Virus record (IMG/VR): IMGVR_UViG_3300044995_000110
Coordinates: 1 to 59,104 of that record
Direction: 5' to 3' (one strand)
DNA: 59,104 nt
DNA from: a virus
Below are positions 7,495 to 17,200 of the stretch, one piece after another (positions within the stretch are counted from its first letter, which is position 1; each line of letters opens with the position of its first letter). The position numbers were made by a program, and so were the translations under genes. A model generated the notes under the pieces. That model had not been told where the DNA came from and searched no databases. It was given only the letters and a program-made list of their open reading frames with translations.

Positions 7495-9185
7495 GTCTTA
7501 TGGCTGTTCCTGACGCCAATGAGAGGTGGGAAGAACATGGGCCGTCATTACGCGGTGTTCATTCCGGCGTGGACCTTTTAATGCTCCCCAAAAATTCCTT
7601 GGCATGGGGCGTCAACATTGACCTTACCGATGGGATGCCTGCCACACGCCCGGCCATTGTGCATCGGGCGTTTTTGCCTTCTGGCAAGCTTCAAGGGGCG
7701 TGTTACTACGAGAATGACGAAGGGGCCATGGTTTCTGTGGTGGACGGCATCCCTTATCTGCACAACATTGTCAACGATATAATTTACAGCCAGAGCATAA
7801 AGCCCCCTGGGCCAAGGAACAGCCGCATAGTTCCGTTTGCTTATTTTGCCCAAATTGCCCAACACCTCATCATCCAAGACGGAATTTCTAAGCCAATTAT
7901 CTTTGATGGCGGTGCAAGCCGGAGAGCAGTGGACGGGGAGGTGCCTGTGGGCACGTGGATGGCTGCTGGCAATGGCAGGCTTTGGGTGATGCGGAACAGA
8001 GAAGTTTTTGCTGGCGACCTTTATGGGGTCAGCGAAAACAGTCATTTGCTTTTTGACGAGAACGCCTACTTGGCAGAGGGAGGTTCGTTTCTGCTGCCTG
8101 GGCAAGGAACGGGGATGGCGTTCCTGCCGCGCCTAGACAATGCTACGGAATACGGAGACTTAATTTGCTTTACTGCAAACTCCATCACCACAATCAAAGC
8201 GCAGGTAACAGATCGCATGCAGTGGAAAAACATTGTCATGCAACGCCTGCTTTTCCCAAACATTGGCTGTGTTTCTGGGATTTCCATAACCCCAGTCAAC
8301 CAAGATTTGTATTTCCTTTCGAGCGATGGACTGCGGAGCCTGCGCAACACCATGGCCGACCTGCAAGATGCTGGTGTTACGCCAATTAGCAGAGAGGCCG
8401 CACGTCTTTTTGATTACGACAGTCCCAAGTGGTGGAAATACCAGCCAGGGGTATATTTTCGCAACCGCCTTTTGGTTGGCGTCAACCCCAGGCTAAATCG
8501 TCACGAAAGCGCAATTGATGGGGAGCCAGGCTACAACGTGGCTTGCGAAGCTATGGCCAGCTTAAATTTTGCGCCATCCGCAACAATGGCCGGCGATGGT
8601 GCCCCTGTATGGGAGGGGGAATGGACAGGCATACATCCTAAGTTTTTTGTCAAAGGGAACTTTGTTGGGAGGGATCGTTTGTTTATTTTTGGGAACACCT
8701 GCGATGGACAAAATGCTATATGGGAATTGGTGCCAGGACAGCGTTATGACCGCAATAGCACGGGAGAAGTCAGAATTACAAGCACCGTGGAGCTACCGAT
8801 GTTGGCATTTGGCGCGCCTCGCGCCTTAAAGACGTTGAAGCGCGGCGAGGTGTTTTTTAGCTCTGCCGAAGGGCAAGTGGATTGGAGTTTGTTATTCCGA
8901 GAGGATCGCTCCATGTGTTGGAAGCATTGGAAAAGCGGGAGTTTTTGCACAGCTTATGACCGCTCGGAAATTGATGCAGCAACTGGCCCCAAGGACTTGA
9001 GGAAGGGCTACGCCTATCGAATTGAGGCTGGCGAACCAGCTTCAGCCTGCAATGAATATAGTGGCCGCCAGGTTGGAACAGCTTATTTCTTCCAGCCTAA
9101 AATTCAATGGACGGGCCGCGCTAAATTAGACATGGCCTTTTTCCGGGCAATCCTCAAGGATCAAAGCACCCAAGCGGCATGTTAA
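7491..9185 (+). CDS. Virion/tail-associated protein (hypothetical)
   Basis: This 564-aa ORF is translationally coupled (ATGA-type overlap) to the fibre gene. No motif was recognised. Confidence 0.7.
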   Translation: MSLMAVPDANERWEEHGPSLRGVHSGVDLLMLPKNSLAWGVNIDLTDGMPATRPAIVHRAFLPSGKLQGACYYENDEGAMVSVVDGIPYLHNIVNDIIYSQSIKPPGPRNSRIVPFAYFAQIAQHLIIQDGISKPIIFDGGASRRAVDGEVPVGTWMAAGNGRLWVMRNREVFAGDLYGVSENSHLLFDENAYLAEGGSFLLPGQGTGMAFLPRLDNATEYGDLICFTANSITTIKAQVTDRMQWKNIVMQRLLFPNIGCVSGISITPVNQDLYFLSSDGLRSLRNTMADLQDAGVTPISREAARLFDYDSPKWWKYQPGVYFRNRLLVGVNPRLNRHESAIDGEPGYNVACEAMASLNFAPSATMAGDGAPVWEGEWTGIHPKFFVKGNFVGRDRLFIFGNTCDGQNAIWELVPGQRYDRNSTGEVRITSTVELPMLAFGAPRALKTLKRGEVFFSSAEGQVDWSLLFREDRSMCWKHWKSGSFCTAYDRSEIDAATGPKDLRKGYAYRIEAGEPASACNEYSGRQVGTAYFFQPKIQWTGRAKLDMAFFRAILKDQSTQAAC

Positions 9186-9197
9186 AATGGAAAGGCT

Positions 9198-10055
9198 ATG
9201 GCAAGGATTTGCAGCGAAGAGCTTGGGAATGTAATTCCTCCAAGCGATTCTTGCCCCGAATCTGGCGGGTGTGCTGAACAGCGGGCTTGCAACGATAGCT
9301 TGCCACAGGTTGCCCCGCCCGTGGGCTTATGCCCTGAGTCCGGTGGCTGTGCTGAAACACGCACTTGCAACGACACCTTGTTGCCACTTGTTCCTCATGG
9401 GGAGTCGTGTCCAGAAAATGTTGGGTGCGAGGAATTTCAGGGGGAAATATGGCCAGTTGAATTAATCATTGAATGCATTGGCCATGTCGATGACGACCTG
9501 AAGGTGACGAAGAATGGTGAAACATTGAAGCAGCCGGGACTTGAATACTGGGACCATGTTTTGAATAAGTGGACCAACCAATGGAGACGGTGGACGCCGC
9601 CCCCGGGCTTTGCCCCCCCCCATCCAAATACCCCTCAATTCTTCCCAATCACCGAATCTAACCGCAAATGGAATGTGTCGTGGTATGCGGGGGCTAATTT
9701 TGCGACGGAAAACTTTATCCGCATCCGCTATCGTGGTCCAATGCAGCGCTTGGACTTAATTGAGATGTTTGCCGTAGATAGCTTCCAGTTTAATTGGCGC
9801 ACCTCGCCTTGGAAAGCTAAGGTAACTTACAGCAACGGGGCCAAATGGGTGACAACTGGCGGGGAGATGCGCACTGGGGCCTCGCCCGACACTCCGAGCC
9901 CGCCCCTGATCAACCCAAACGGTCCACCACCCTATCAGAACATCAACCAGTATGCGGCAGCCAATGGGATGCCGAGCTATTTTTCCCAAGGCTATCCTGC
10001 CAGCGGGCCATACTTTGAACACATAGAGCCAATGGGCGGCTTTGTCATTCCTTGA
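9198..10055 (+). CDS. Hypothetical virion protein with three N-terminal Cys-rich repeats
   Basis: CPESGGCAEQRACNDSL, CPESGGCAETRTCNDTL and CPENVGCEEF repeat in the first about 80 aa. Confidence 0.7.
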   Translation: MARICSEELGNVIPPSDSCPESGGCAEQRACNDSLPQVAPPVGLCPESGGCAETRTCNDTLLPLVPHGESCPENVGCEEFQGEIWPVELIIECIGHVDDDLKVTKNGETLKQPGLEYWDHVLNKWTNQWRRWTPPPGFAPPHPNTPQFFPITESNRKWNVSWYAGANFATENFIRIRYRGPMQRLDLIEMFAVDSFQFNWRTSPWKAKVTYSNGAKWVTTGGEMRTGASPDTPSPPLINPNGPPPYQNINQYAAANGMPSYFSQGYPASGPYFEHIEPMGGFVIP

Positions 10056-10072
10056 CATCTAGCACAGAATTG

Positions 10073-10100
10073 TTGCAAATGCTTTGCATTTGCAACTTTC
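10073..10100 (+). terminator. Hairpin terminator candidate (10-bp perfect stem)
   Basis: ttgcaaatgc-ttt-gcatttgcaa at 10073-10095 is followed by CTTTCTT. It lies between the stop at 10055 and the next promoter. Confidence 0.5.
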
Positions 10101-10129
10101 TTGACACTGATTGATAGAGGCAGCACAAT
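10101..10129 (+). promoter_or_regulatory. Promoter (TTGACA-17-CACAAT) feeding a leaderless ATG at 10136
   Basis: -35 is at 10101-10106 and -10 at 10124-10129. The ATG lies 6 nt after the -10. Confidence 0.55.
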
Positions 10130-10135
10130 GCCGCT

Positions 10136-10828
10136 ATGTCAGAACTTGCCCTATCCGCTGCCGTCTTGCCAGCTGGGACGCCACCTTGGAAACAGGAACT
10201 TTTGGACTTGGTGGCATCCTACATTACTGTCCAGTTCACTGAAAAAGTCAAAATCCCCAACTACGGACATGACACCCCGCCCCCGGACCGCCAAGATCGT
10301 CCATGGATTCGCACCGACGCTCAAGGCAAGCCCATGGGCACATGGATATATCATAATGGTTCCTGGATTAGGGATTGGGGACTGCCCATAGGGATGATTG
10401 CAATTTGTGATGACTTAGTGCCTTTGGCCTTGGACCCTACGGGCAAGGCTACGGCCAGTGCGTGGATGGGATGGTTTTTGTGCAACGGGCAAAATGGGAC
10501 GCCAGACATGCGCGACCGCTTTGTTTTAGGTTACAAAGACAACAACACGGCGACCATGGGTTCTACGGGCGGGACAAAAGAAATTCAAGTGGCCAACACA
10601 ACCGAAGGGCTTTATGTTGACCTGCGCAAAGCGCAGACCTTTAGGGGAACTACGCCTGGCAACAACCCCCCTGATGTTTTTTACTTTGTCGAAGATGCTA
10701 GAAATCCCCAACGGGGCGGCGTGCGCAAGCCGCAAGTGCCCGTGGAAGGGGGCACGACTTCTCCGCCAATAAACGTGATGAACCCATATATTGTTCAGGC
10801 GTTTATCCAATACCGAGGATACTTCTAA
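10136..10828 (+). CDS. Tail fibre protein with a tail-collar-like motif
   Basis: WFLCNGQNGTPDMRDRFVLGY matches the phage tail-collar pattern W..C.G...TPD.R.RF..G. Confidence 0.7.
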   Translation: MSELALSAAVLPAGTPPWKQELLDLVASYITVQFTEKVKIPNYGHDTPPPDRQDRPWIRTDAQGKPMGTWIYHNGSWIRDWGLPIGMIAICDDLVPLALDPTGKATASAWMGWFLCNGQNGTPDMRDRFVLGYKDNNTATMGSTGGTKEIQVANTTEGLYVDLRKAQTFRGTTPGNNPPDVFYFVEDARNPQRGGVRKPQVPVEGGTTSPPINVMNPYIVQAFIQYRGYF

Positions 10829-10831
10829 GCC

Positions 10832-11842
10832 ATGCAGCGCCTCACTGTAGCACAAGCTCGCCATCTCATTGCCAAGGTTGTCCAAGGCGGGGAGTGCCCT
10901 TCTAGTCCTGCTGTGCTGGCGCGCATCAATGAGGCGCAACAACGCCTTCTCCCCAAGGGCTTATGGGTGAACACGGTAATGCGCTATGCTTTTTGCACTT
11001 ACGGCAACTGCATTAGTCTGCCGCGAGAGCTTTCCACCATTTTGGCAATTGGGATTGGAGACAAGCCGGAGCGAGTTAACAGCCCGTGGTATGAGTTCCT
11101 TGACAATGGCCCTGGGATTGCGAACAGCTGTGCCTCATGCGCAAGTGGCGGCCAGCTTCCGCAAGGAGTATTTTTGGCAGGCTCGGCCCCAACATTCAGG
11201 GATGTCTGCGGGGTTAAGAAGCTTAGGGTTTATACTGACTTGACTGAGGATAATGGGCTGAAGCTTTTTTATTCCGGCTATGACGCTAATGGTTACAAGA
11301 TTCGGACGCTTCACAATGGTTCGTGGGTTTACGGGGAATACATCAATTTGTTTGGCCCCATGCCCGTGACAGCCACCCAAGATATTGTTTCTGTGGACCG
11401 CGTGATTCTGCCGTCTGGCCTTAAAGGATATGTCAGGCTTTACGAATACGACCAGAACACAGGGACAGAACAGGCTTTGGCTTTTTATGCTCCCGATGAA
11501 ACATCCCCAATCTATCCTCGCTACCGAATCCCAAGCAGTGCATCCACTTGCGCTACATGCGGCAATGGGAAGCAGCAGGTTGTGACTGTCCTTGCCAAGC
11601 GGCGTTATATCCCCGCCGTCAATGAAACGGACGATCTGCTCATCACCAACATTGCTGCCCTTAAAAATATGGTGATGGCCATAGAGAAGGAAGAGGCAGG
11701 CAACATTCGCGACGCCGAGGCATTAGAGGCACGGGCATTGCGCTATTTGCAAGAGGAACTTAATGAGCACATAGGCGGCCAGCAGGGGGCTTTCAACATC
11801 CAGATGACTAATTGGGCTGACATTGCAACCAACTCTCGTTAA
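10832..11842 (+). CDS. Hypothetical virion protein
   Basis: A 336-aa ORF in the structural block, tightly packed with its neighbours. Confidence 0.7.
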   Translation: MQRLTVAQARHLIAKVVQGGECPSSPAVLARINEAQQRLLPKGLWVNTVMRYAFCTYGNCISLPRELSTILAIGIGDKPERVNSPWYEFLDNGPGIANSCASCASGGQLPQGVFLAGSAPTFRDVCGVKKLRVYTDLTEDNGLKLFYSGYDANGYKIRTLHNGSWVYGEYINLFGPMPVTATQDIVSVDRVILPSGLKGYVRLYEYDQNTGTEQALAFYAPDETSPIYPRYRIPSSASTCATCGNGKQQVVTVLAKRRYIPAVNETDDLLITNIAALKNMVMAIEKEEAGNIRDAEALEARALRYLQEELNEHIGGQQGAFNIQMTNWADIATNSR

Positions 11843-11856
11843 AAAGGAAACAATCT

Positions 11857-12729
11857 ATGTTTGGCTTTTTCAAGAAACCCAAAGCGGCCCCAAGGCTTGA
11901 GGAGTTAAAACTTCCTGAAGTTAATAAATACCTGGAAGAATATCTCAAGCAGGGCGAGCTTCAGCCGAAGCTTCAGGACTTTGCAAACAAGCTGAACACT
12001 GGCTATCGTGAAAGCCTAGATAGCGCAATTCCTGGACTTTTGGATCGTCTCAATCGGGCTGGGCAAACCACCGACTCCTATCTGCGAGGCGAGATTCCAA
12101 AAGATGTCCGTGATGCCATCATCCGTGGAAGCGTGGCGCGCTCAATCAGTGGTGGTTATGGTCCAGACAGCCTGATGGGGAGAAATTTAACCTCCCGTGA
12201 CCTTGGCTTAACAAGTATGGATTTGATGAGCCAGGGATTTGCGCGCCTTGGCAACGAGCTTAATTGGAGCCAGGCACTGACCCCCGCCATCGCGCAGAAC
12301 ATGATTTATGATCCTGGAACCATCATGCAGCGGCGTGACAATGAGGCCATGACCAACCTCAACATCCGCAACCAAAACAAGCAAATTGATTTTGCCAACA
12401 GCCAGCGGAAATCGGGTTTCAGCAGGCTGCTTGAAAGCACCATAGGCAACATAGTAAGCACGCCATTCAACTTTTTGAATAACTCTTTGGGGGTTGTGCA
12501 GCAGATACCGCAAATGGCTGCTGGTGCTGCCATGTCTTACTTGACGCCAACTCCTAGATTTTGGGGCAACAATGTGGGTGGGGTTGGCGGGATTGGGCTA
12601 GGCTCTTCTTATGGCTATTTTGGCCAGGCACCGAGCGCCTTTGGTGGCAGCCCGCTAGGACTTGGCTCTAACTTTTTGGGGAACATGTTTAACCCAACGG
12701 CACCTCGCGCCTTGCCCTACTATTACTAG
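11857..12729 (+). CDS. Hypothetical virion (internal?) protein with a Gly-rich C-terminus
   Basis: A 290-aa ORF with an AAAGGAAA SD region upstream. The tail is Gly-rich (GGVGGIGLGSSYGYFG...). Confidence 0.7.
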   Translation: MFGFFKKPKAAPRLEELKLPEVNKYLEEYLKQGELQPKLQDFANKLNTGYRESLDSAIPGLLDRLNRAGQTTDSYLRGEIPKDVRDAIIRGSVARSISGGYGPDSLMGRNLTSRDLGLTSMDLMSQGFARLGNELNWSQALTPAIAQNMIYDPGTIMQRRDNEAMTNLNIRNQNKQIDFANSQRKSGFSRLLESTIGNIVSTPFNFLNNSLGVVQQIPQMAAGAAMSYLTPTPRFWGNNVGGVGGIGLGSSYGYFGQAPSAFGGSPLGLGSNFLGNMFNPTAPRALPYYY

Positions 12730-12741
12730 GAGACAGAAAAC

Positions 12742-14289
12742 ATGTCGCTAGGCCAGCAACTCGTCAGCATGATTGGGAATGACAGGCAGTTTGATATGCC
12801 TGACCCAGCGCTTATAACAAGACAGGTTTTGGGATACAAGGGTGCTTTTGACGACAACCGCCGTCTTTCCATGCAAGAGCGTCAAATGATGCTTCAGATG
12901 GAAGAACAAAAGCGCCGCCAACAGCTAGAAGAGCTTATGCTGCCGCTGAGGATGGCAGAAATTGAGGCGGAAACAGAATACCGCCGCAGCCAAATTGAAT
13001 CTCAGAAATTGGCCGCTCAAAAGGTGGCTGAGGAGCTTAAGTATCAGCCAATTGTCAATGACTTTATCATTAGCGTTTCCAATGCGACGCTTAGTGACAT
13101 TGACTCTATCCAAGTCCCCTCAAATTTGCCACCCCATCTTACTCAGAAGTTGGCCGACATGAAAATATCGCGGAAACATGGCCTGCTCAACGAGGAGAGC
13201 CAAAGGCAGGCTCTTCGTTTGAGCAACCAGAAGGCCGAAGCCGGTATTGCTGCACGAGAGTATCTTTCCCAAAATGGGGTGAATGATGTTGACAAGCTAG
13301 ACGACACTACGGCCATCAGATACGCCCAAGAGTTAGAGAAGGAACAGCGGCAACGGCAAATGCTGATGGCGCAAAAGAAGGCCGATACACAGCTTGAGCA
13401 CTACAATCTCGAAGAAGATTTGAGGGCTACCAACGCCCAACTAAAAAAGTATTACCAACAGCGCGATGCGATTCAAAGGGAAATGCAGGAGAAAAATCCG
13501 AACATTGGCCCAGCGGCATCTTCACTGTTCAAGGATGAAAGAATCAATGCTATCAACAAAAACATCATGGAGCTTGAGGATAGGAGGATCAAGCTGCATT
13601 CAGACCTAAACAAGAGAAAGGAAATATTGGGCTATAATCGCATTGACGAACTTACCGGGCAACCAATTCCTACACAAAACAAAGCTGGTGCAGACTCTCA
13701 ACCAAGCGCATCCCCATCGGTGGAGGTGTCACAGACGGTAAACCAGCCGTTGCAGGACGAGCCTTTATCAGATGAGGAGGCCTCCAATGGCCAAGTTATT
13801 CGTGGGCTTAGCAGGCCAGCAGGACCAAAATTTATCCCTGAAGAAAGTCCAATGGCCACGGAAATCTCATCGGATTCCTTGGCCTCCAAATTCCAACAGG
13901 CAAGAGACTTGCTGGAGCGCGGGAAAAACAACCATGCCTTTTTTGTGGGAGGCAAGATTGCAGCAGCCTCCGCCTTGGCGGAAGCTATCCGTGCTAACAC
14001 TACACCAGAGCAATTCAGAGAGCTTCAAAAAATGCCAGCCCAAGAGCGCATCGAAGCGGCCAAGCGATTCATGAAGTCGGTTGCCCCGCCATTGTCCATG
14101 AGCAAGTCTTTGGACGAGAAGATGGCCGAATCCCAATTCGACGTTGCCCAAACCATCAAAAATGTCACAGGGCTTGGCGGCCTGGGCATGGCCAAGGGGC
14201 CGGCCATCAGGCCAGTGTCAAGATGGCCATTTGACGAAAATCAGATTGATTGGAACGAATTTAACGCCATTGTCAGTTCAATTCGATGA
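12742..14289 (+). CDS. Coiled-coil internal virion protein candidate
   Basis: This 515-aa ORF has AGGAG upstream and long charged Q/E/K/R heptad-like stretches. It overlaps the giant gene start. Confidence 0.7.
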   Translation: MSLGQQLVSMIGNDRQFDMPDPALITRQVLGYKGAFDDNRRLSMQERQMMLQMEEQKRRQQLEELMLPLRMAEIEAETEYRRSQIESQKLAAQKVAEELKYQPIVNDFIISVSNATLSDIDSIQVPSNLPPHLTQKLADMKISRKHGLLNEESQRQALRLSNQKAEAGIAAREYLSQNGVNDVDKLDDTTAIRYAQELEKEQRQRQMLMAQKKADTQLEHYNLEEDLRATNAQLKKYYQQRDAIQREMQEKNPNIGPAASSLFKDERINAINKNIMELEDRRIKLHSDLNKRKEILGYNRIDELTGQPIPTQNKAGADSQPSASPSVEVSQTVNQPLQDEPLSDEEASNGQVIRGLSRPAGPKFIPEESPMATEISSDSLASKFQQARDLLERGKNNHAFFVGGKIAAASALAEAIRANTTPEQFRELQKMPAQERIEAAKRFMKSVAPPLSMSKSLDEKMAESQFDVAQTIKNVTGLGGLGMAKGPAIRPVSRWPFDENQIDWNEFNAIVSSIR

Positions 14290-17200
14290 AACAACAAGAA
14301 ATTCCCAACAATTTTTTAGACAGCGAGGATAATGGCAGCAGCATGGCTACGCCTATGCCGGATTGGCTTAAGCCAACGGCCTTGTCCAACGGCCAGGGCG
14401 AGAGACTAAATAGCGCCGGAGGAGATTACCAACTTCGGCTGGGCGAATTTAGGGCGCGTTCTGCTGCCCTTGACCTTGTTAATTCAGCGGCAAGCGGGCA
14501 AGACCCCAAGGGCATGTTTGAGGCTTATAAGAATGGGATTCCCACAAGTGGCGGCAAACTGATTTACGACGCTGACAGTCTGTCGCCTGCTTATGCTGTG
14601 GCCTCTTCCATCTTTAATGGCAAGGAAAAGCTATTGTTCCAATATACGCCTCTTCCCCCAGGCGAAGAAAGCAAAGGGGGGAACAGTGTTGTCAAGCGCT
14701 TCCGTGTTATAGGAGACGATCCATTTAAGGCATTGGATCAGGCCCGGAGGGCTGGCGTCTTGCCAGACAGCGATTTCGCTTCGCTTTCCAAGTTTTACCA
14801 GGCCAATTACGAAAGCACCCAAAAGACACAACAAAACATCGACAAGACTTTTGGGGAAATGAAGTGGTATGATGCCTTTGGTGTTGGGTTAAGCCAAGGC
14901 TTGGGCACTTGGGGCGATCTGCCGCAGTTGTTGAATGGGCTTCAACAGCGTGCGTTCGGCAATGAAGAAGAAAAAAGGCGGCTTGCCGAACAAAAAATCC
15001 AGGAACTTCAAATCAACGCATTTGGCCGCCCGCAGCAGAGATTTGGGAAGGGCGCAGAGACATTATACTCACTTGGCAATGAGGCTGGCGTCATGACCCC
15101 CATGTTTGTTGGGTATGTTGTCCCGCCTGCCGCCATTGTCACTATGCCGTCTTACCTTACCGTGCAGGTAGCACGGAGCTACAACAGCGGATGGGATGAG
15201 GCGCTGCAGCGAAAATACCAGGATGGCGCCAATCTAAATGATGCCATTTCTTATGCCGATATAGCGGCAAAGGCTACGACCAGCATTGAGTTTGGATCGG
15301 AGTTGGCGGAGTCACTACTACCGTTTGCAAGGCTAGCCAAAGGCGTGCGCGGCGCGGTGCGTCCTTTTGCTGAGATTGGGGCGCAGGGCCTTGCGGGGGG
15401 CACTAGCGAAGCCATTTCGCAAATGGGGCAAAACCTTGTATTGGGCAAACCAATTGCCGATGATGTTGGCCAAAGCTTTGTGGTTGGTGGGGCACTTTCT
15501 GGATTGGCCTCTGGTCTTAATCAGATGCGGTCGGAGAGGGATTGGCGCAAGCAATACAAAGCATTAACCACTTCGGATGATAACGTAGCTGCTTACCTTT
15601 GGGCAAATGCAAACGCCGAAACCGTAGTGGCTGTCGATAAAAATGGCAATCCCGTCCAACTCAAAGACCTTCCAGCCGAGTTCCAATTTCAAATTTCAAA
15701 AGACATGGTGCGCCAGTCTAAGTTGGCGCAGTCGTCTGGCGTCACCGTCGAATCTCTTGAATCGCTTTCTCCGCTCAAGCGTGTCGCAGCATTAAGGGAA
15801 TTAAGTGTTGATGACTTGGCCCGGATCGCGGCAGCGCGTCAAATTGAGGTAAGCGCTAGCGGGAATTTCACTCAATCGGAACTAGACAAAAGCCTTGAAG
15901 AAGAACTGCGTCGCCGTTCAGAAGAAGAGGCGGGCTGGAGCGATCAAGAGTTTATCTTGAAGATGGGGACTGCTCGCTATGAAATTTTGTCCAACAACCC
16001 CGACTGGGCGGCGGCTGAGGAGAAGGCTTCAGCCAAGCGCCGTGCGGCCAGTGAGGCGGCCCAAGCTGCCTCAGCGGTAGGTCCGGCTACGCAAGCCGCC
16101 TTTCAGCAAAAGGCGGAAGAACAAGGTGCGCAGGCCAACCAACAAGAAGCCATCTCCCAGCCAATTCAGGCTAAAGATCAGAAGAAGCAAGAGATGGCAA
16201 CCAATGCCGACTTGGGCTTAGTTGCGCCTATTGCAGAAGAAGAGGCGGATGCCTCAGAAGCAGCGCAACCCGTTGTGCCACAAGAACCGTCGGCAACGCA
16301 AAGCCCTCAAGAAGCAAAAGAAGAAAAACAAAGCGCGGCGGCACGACCTGTTGCACCACCTCAACCTGTTGCACAAGAATCTTCCCCAGTTGCTAAACCA
16401 GCAGAAGAACAGGCCCCAGCACCTCAACCACGATCCGAGCAAAATGATGAGGGGATAGCTAGCACTGCTGCACCCGCTCCATTGGCCCCCCAATCTCATT
16501 CTCCGGCTCAACAACCACAAGCTCAAAAGCCCAAGCCACCCATGACTGGGTGGGTCACTACGAATGATTTGGATAAAATTTTGGGCACCTTAGCCGACGC
16601 CATAGCTTCTGAATATGCTCCTGATTTAAGAATGCGGATGTTTGGCGTGTATAACACAGATGAAGTTATGTCGGCTGTCCAAGACTTGCTTAAAAATGGA
16701 TGGGTGTATGACAAATCGAAGGGGCGGATGGCTAACCCCCAAAACTGGGGCGAAAAGCCTGTGGATGGCCTAAAGAGGATTCGTGGTGGGGATTGGTCCC
16801 CAGCCCCGGCAATACAAAAAATTTTCCGAGCCCCACAATCTCAGGCTGCCGCCGAAGCAGCAGCCTCAAATCAGCAGGAACCCCAGCAACCAGTTTCACA
16901 AGCAGAAAGAGTCGAGACCAATGAGCAAGCCGGAACGTCATCATTACCTCAACAAACTCAGAAACCTCAAGAATCTGACTCCAGAGGAGATCGAGGAGTT
17001 GCACGAAGAGGGGTGCCGGTGGCGAGTGACGCCAGCCAGGAAACGCAAGGGCAAGCACAACAAGCAACAGAAGAACGCCCCCAGCCAAGAACTGGATTAA
17101 GCGTAACCACGCCAGTCGCGGGACCGAAAGAGCAAGCTGTCGATAAGAAGAAACAGGCGCCCAAGCCACTGACACCCGAAATTGAGACCCCATCCCCAAG

